NCBI RefSeq assembly: GCF_000039765.1
Contig: NC_004459.3
Coordinates: 2,001,127-2,033,126 of the forward strand
Direction: 5' to 3'
Length of the DNA: 32,000 nt
Origin: Vibrio vulnificus CMCP6
GTDB taxonomy: Bacteria > Pseudomonadota > Gammaproteobacteria > Enterobacterales > Vibrionaceae
A model generated the notes under the pieces. The model saw nothing but the letters and a program-made list of their open reading frames with translations. It searched no databases and had not been told where the DNA came from. Positions 31,819 to 32,000 of the stretch are shown here, piece after piece (position 1 is the stretch's first letter; each line of letters begins with the position of its first letter). Both the position numbers and the translations under genes were made by a program.

Positions 31819-32000
31819 TTAGTACGGTAGCTCTGTTGTTTGTTCTTCGAGCCATCTTTCAATAGTCTCTCGTTCCCAGCCCACAATTCGCGTGCTGATT
31901 GCACGAGCTGGCGGGAGACGACCTTCTTTGCGCCAGCGCCACACAGTCACTTTACTTATATTTAGGTACGTAGCTAAGTCGCTAACTCTTATAAATTTTC
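31819..32000 (-). CDS. alpA: AlpA/MerR-type (HTH_17) phage or island regulator/excisionase, 5'-truncated by the window edge
   Basis: Not in the ORF track because no start codon lies in the window. The minus-strand frame reads ...KFIRVSDLATYLNISKVTVWRWRKEGRLPPARAISTRIVGWERETIERWLEEQTTELPY*, the canonical AlpA pattern (HTH, RFP-like motif, VGW...E.WL). Confidence 0.8.
   Translation of the reverse strand, partial: KFIRVSDLATYLNISKVTVWRWRKEGRLPPARAISTRIVGWERETIERWLEEQTTELPY

Larger units (their letters stand above)
14532..32000. mobile_element. tRNA-Arg-adjacent accessory (defence) island; right end outside the window
   Basis: There is an abrupt switch from conserved housekeeping genes to defence, regulatory and unknown genes immediately 3' of a tRNA. 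The sequence looks AT-richer by eye. An AlpA-type gene sits at the right edge. No integrase or att repeat is visible inside the window. Confidence 0.6.

Noticed and set aside
1-32000. CRISPR arrays, rRNA, IS elements, integrases and transposases
   Set aside because: I scanned for regularly spaced direct repeats and for recombinase-like translations in the ORF track and found none. The only repeats are the short ones listed above.

Overview
The window reads as a Vibrio-like gammaproteobacterial chromosome; that assignment rests on recognising housekeeping proteins by eye, with no search run. It has two parts.

**Core genome (1 to ~14.5 kb).** This part carries ybaB (5'-truncated by the window edge) and recR, then an outer-membrane barrel plus PKD-like lipoprotein pair. 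An OmpR-type two-component system, aqpZ and the YkgJ/YcgN cysteine-cluster proteins follow. After them come an ABM monooxygenase, a glyoxalase-I-like protein, an RHH protein, an alkaline phosphatase, a ChaN-like lipoprotein, rlmA and folD. It ends in a tRNA-Arg(UCU) gene at 14405..14481.

**Accessory island (~14.5 kb to the window end).** Directly downstream of the tRNA the sequence looks more AT-rich by eye (not computed) and reads as a defence-type island. No integrase, transposase or copy of the tRNA 3' end is visible, so the right boundary lies outside the window. Its contents, in order:
1. A tightly coupled four-gene minus-strand operon: pol-beta/CD-NTase-like nucleotidyltransferase, small E2(UBC)-like protein, 2TM-SAVED effector, and a CoiA-like zinc-ribbon nuclease. 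A divergent WYL (CapW/BrxR-like) regulator sits next to it. I read this as an E2-only CBASS-like system with a non-canonical extra nuclease gene.
2. A type I R-M system whose hsdR is separated from hsdM-hsdS by ~4 kb of cargo. The cargo includes a P-loop NTPase fused to a pol-beta NTase, coupled to a MATE/MOP-like polytopic membrane protein, plus several small genes.
3. An XRE repressor with perfect palindromic operators facing an unknown 174-aa gene.
4. Two related TTCCCA-N4-TGGGAA hairpins flanking a decayed ORF.
5. A coiled-coil KfrA-like gene and a partial AlpA-type excisionase/regulator at the right edge.

No CRISPR array or rRNA was seen. All family assignments come from motif recognition in the supplied translations; no homology search, HMM or structure prediction was possible.
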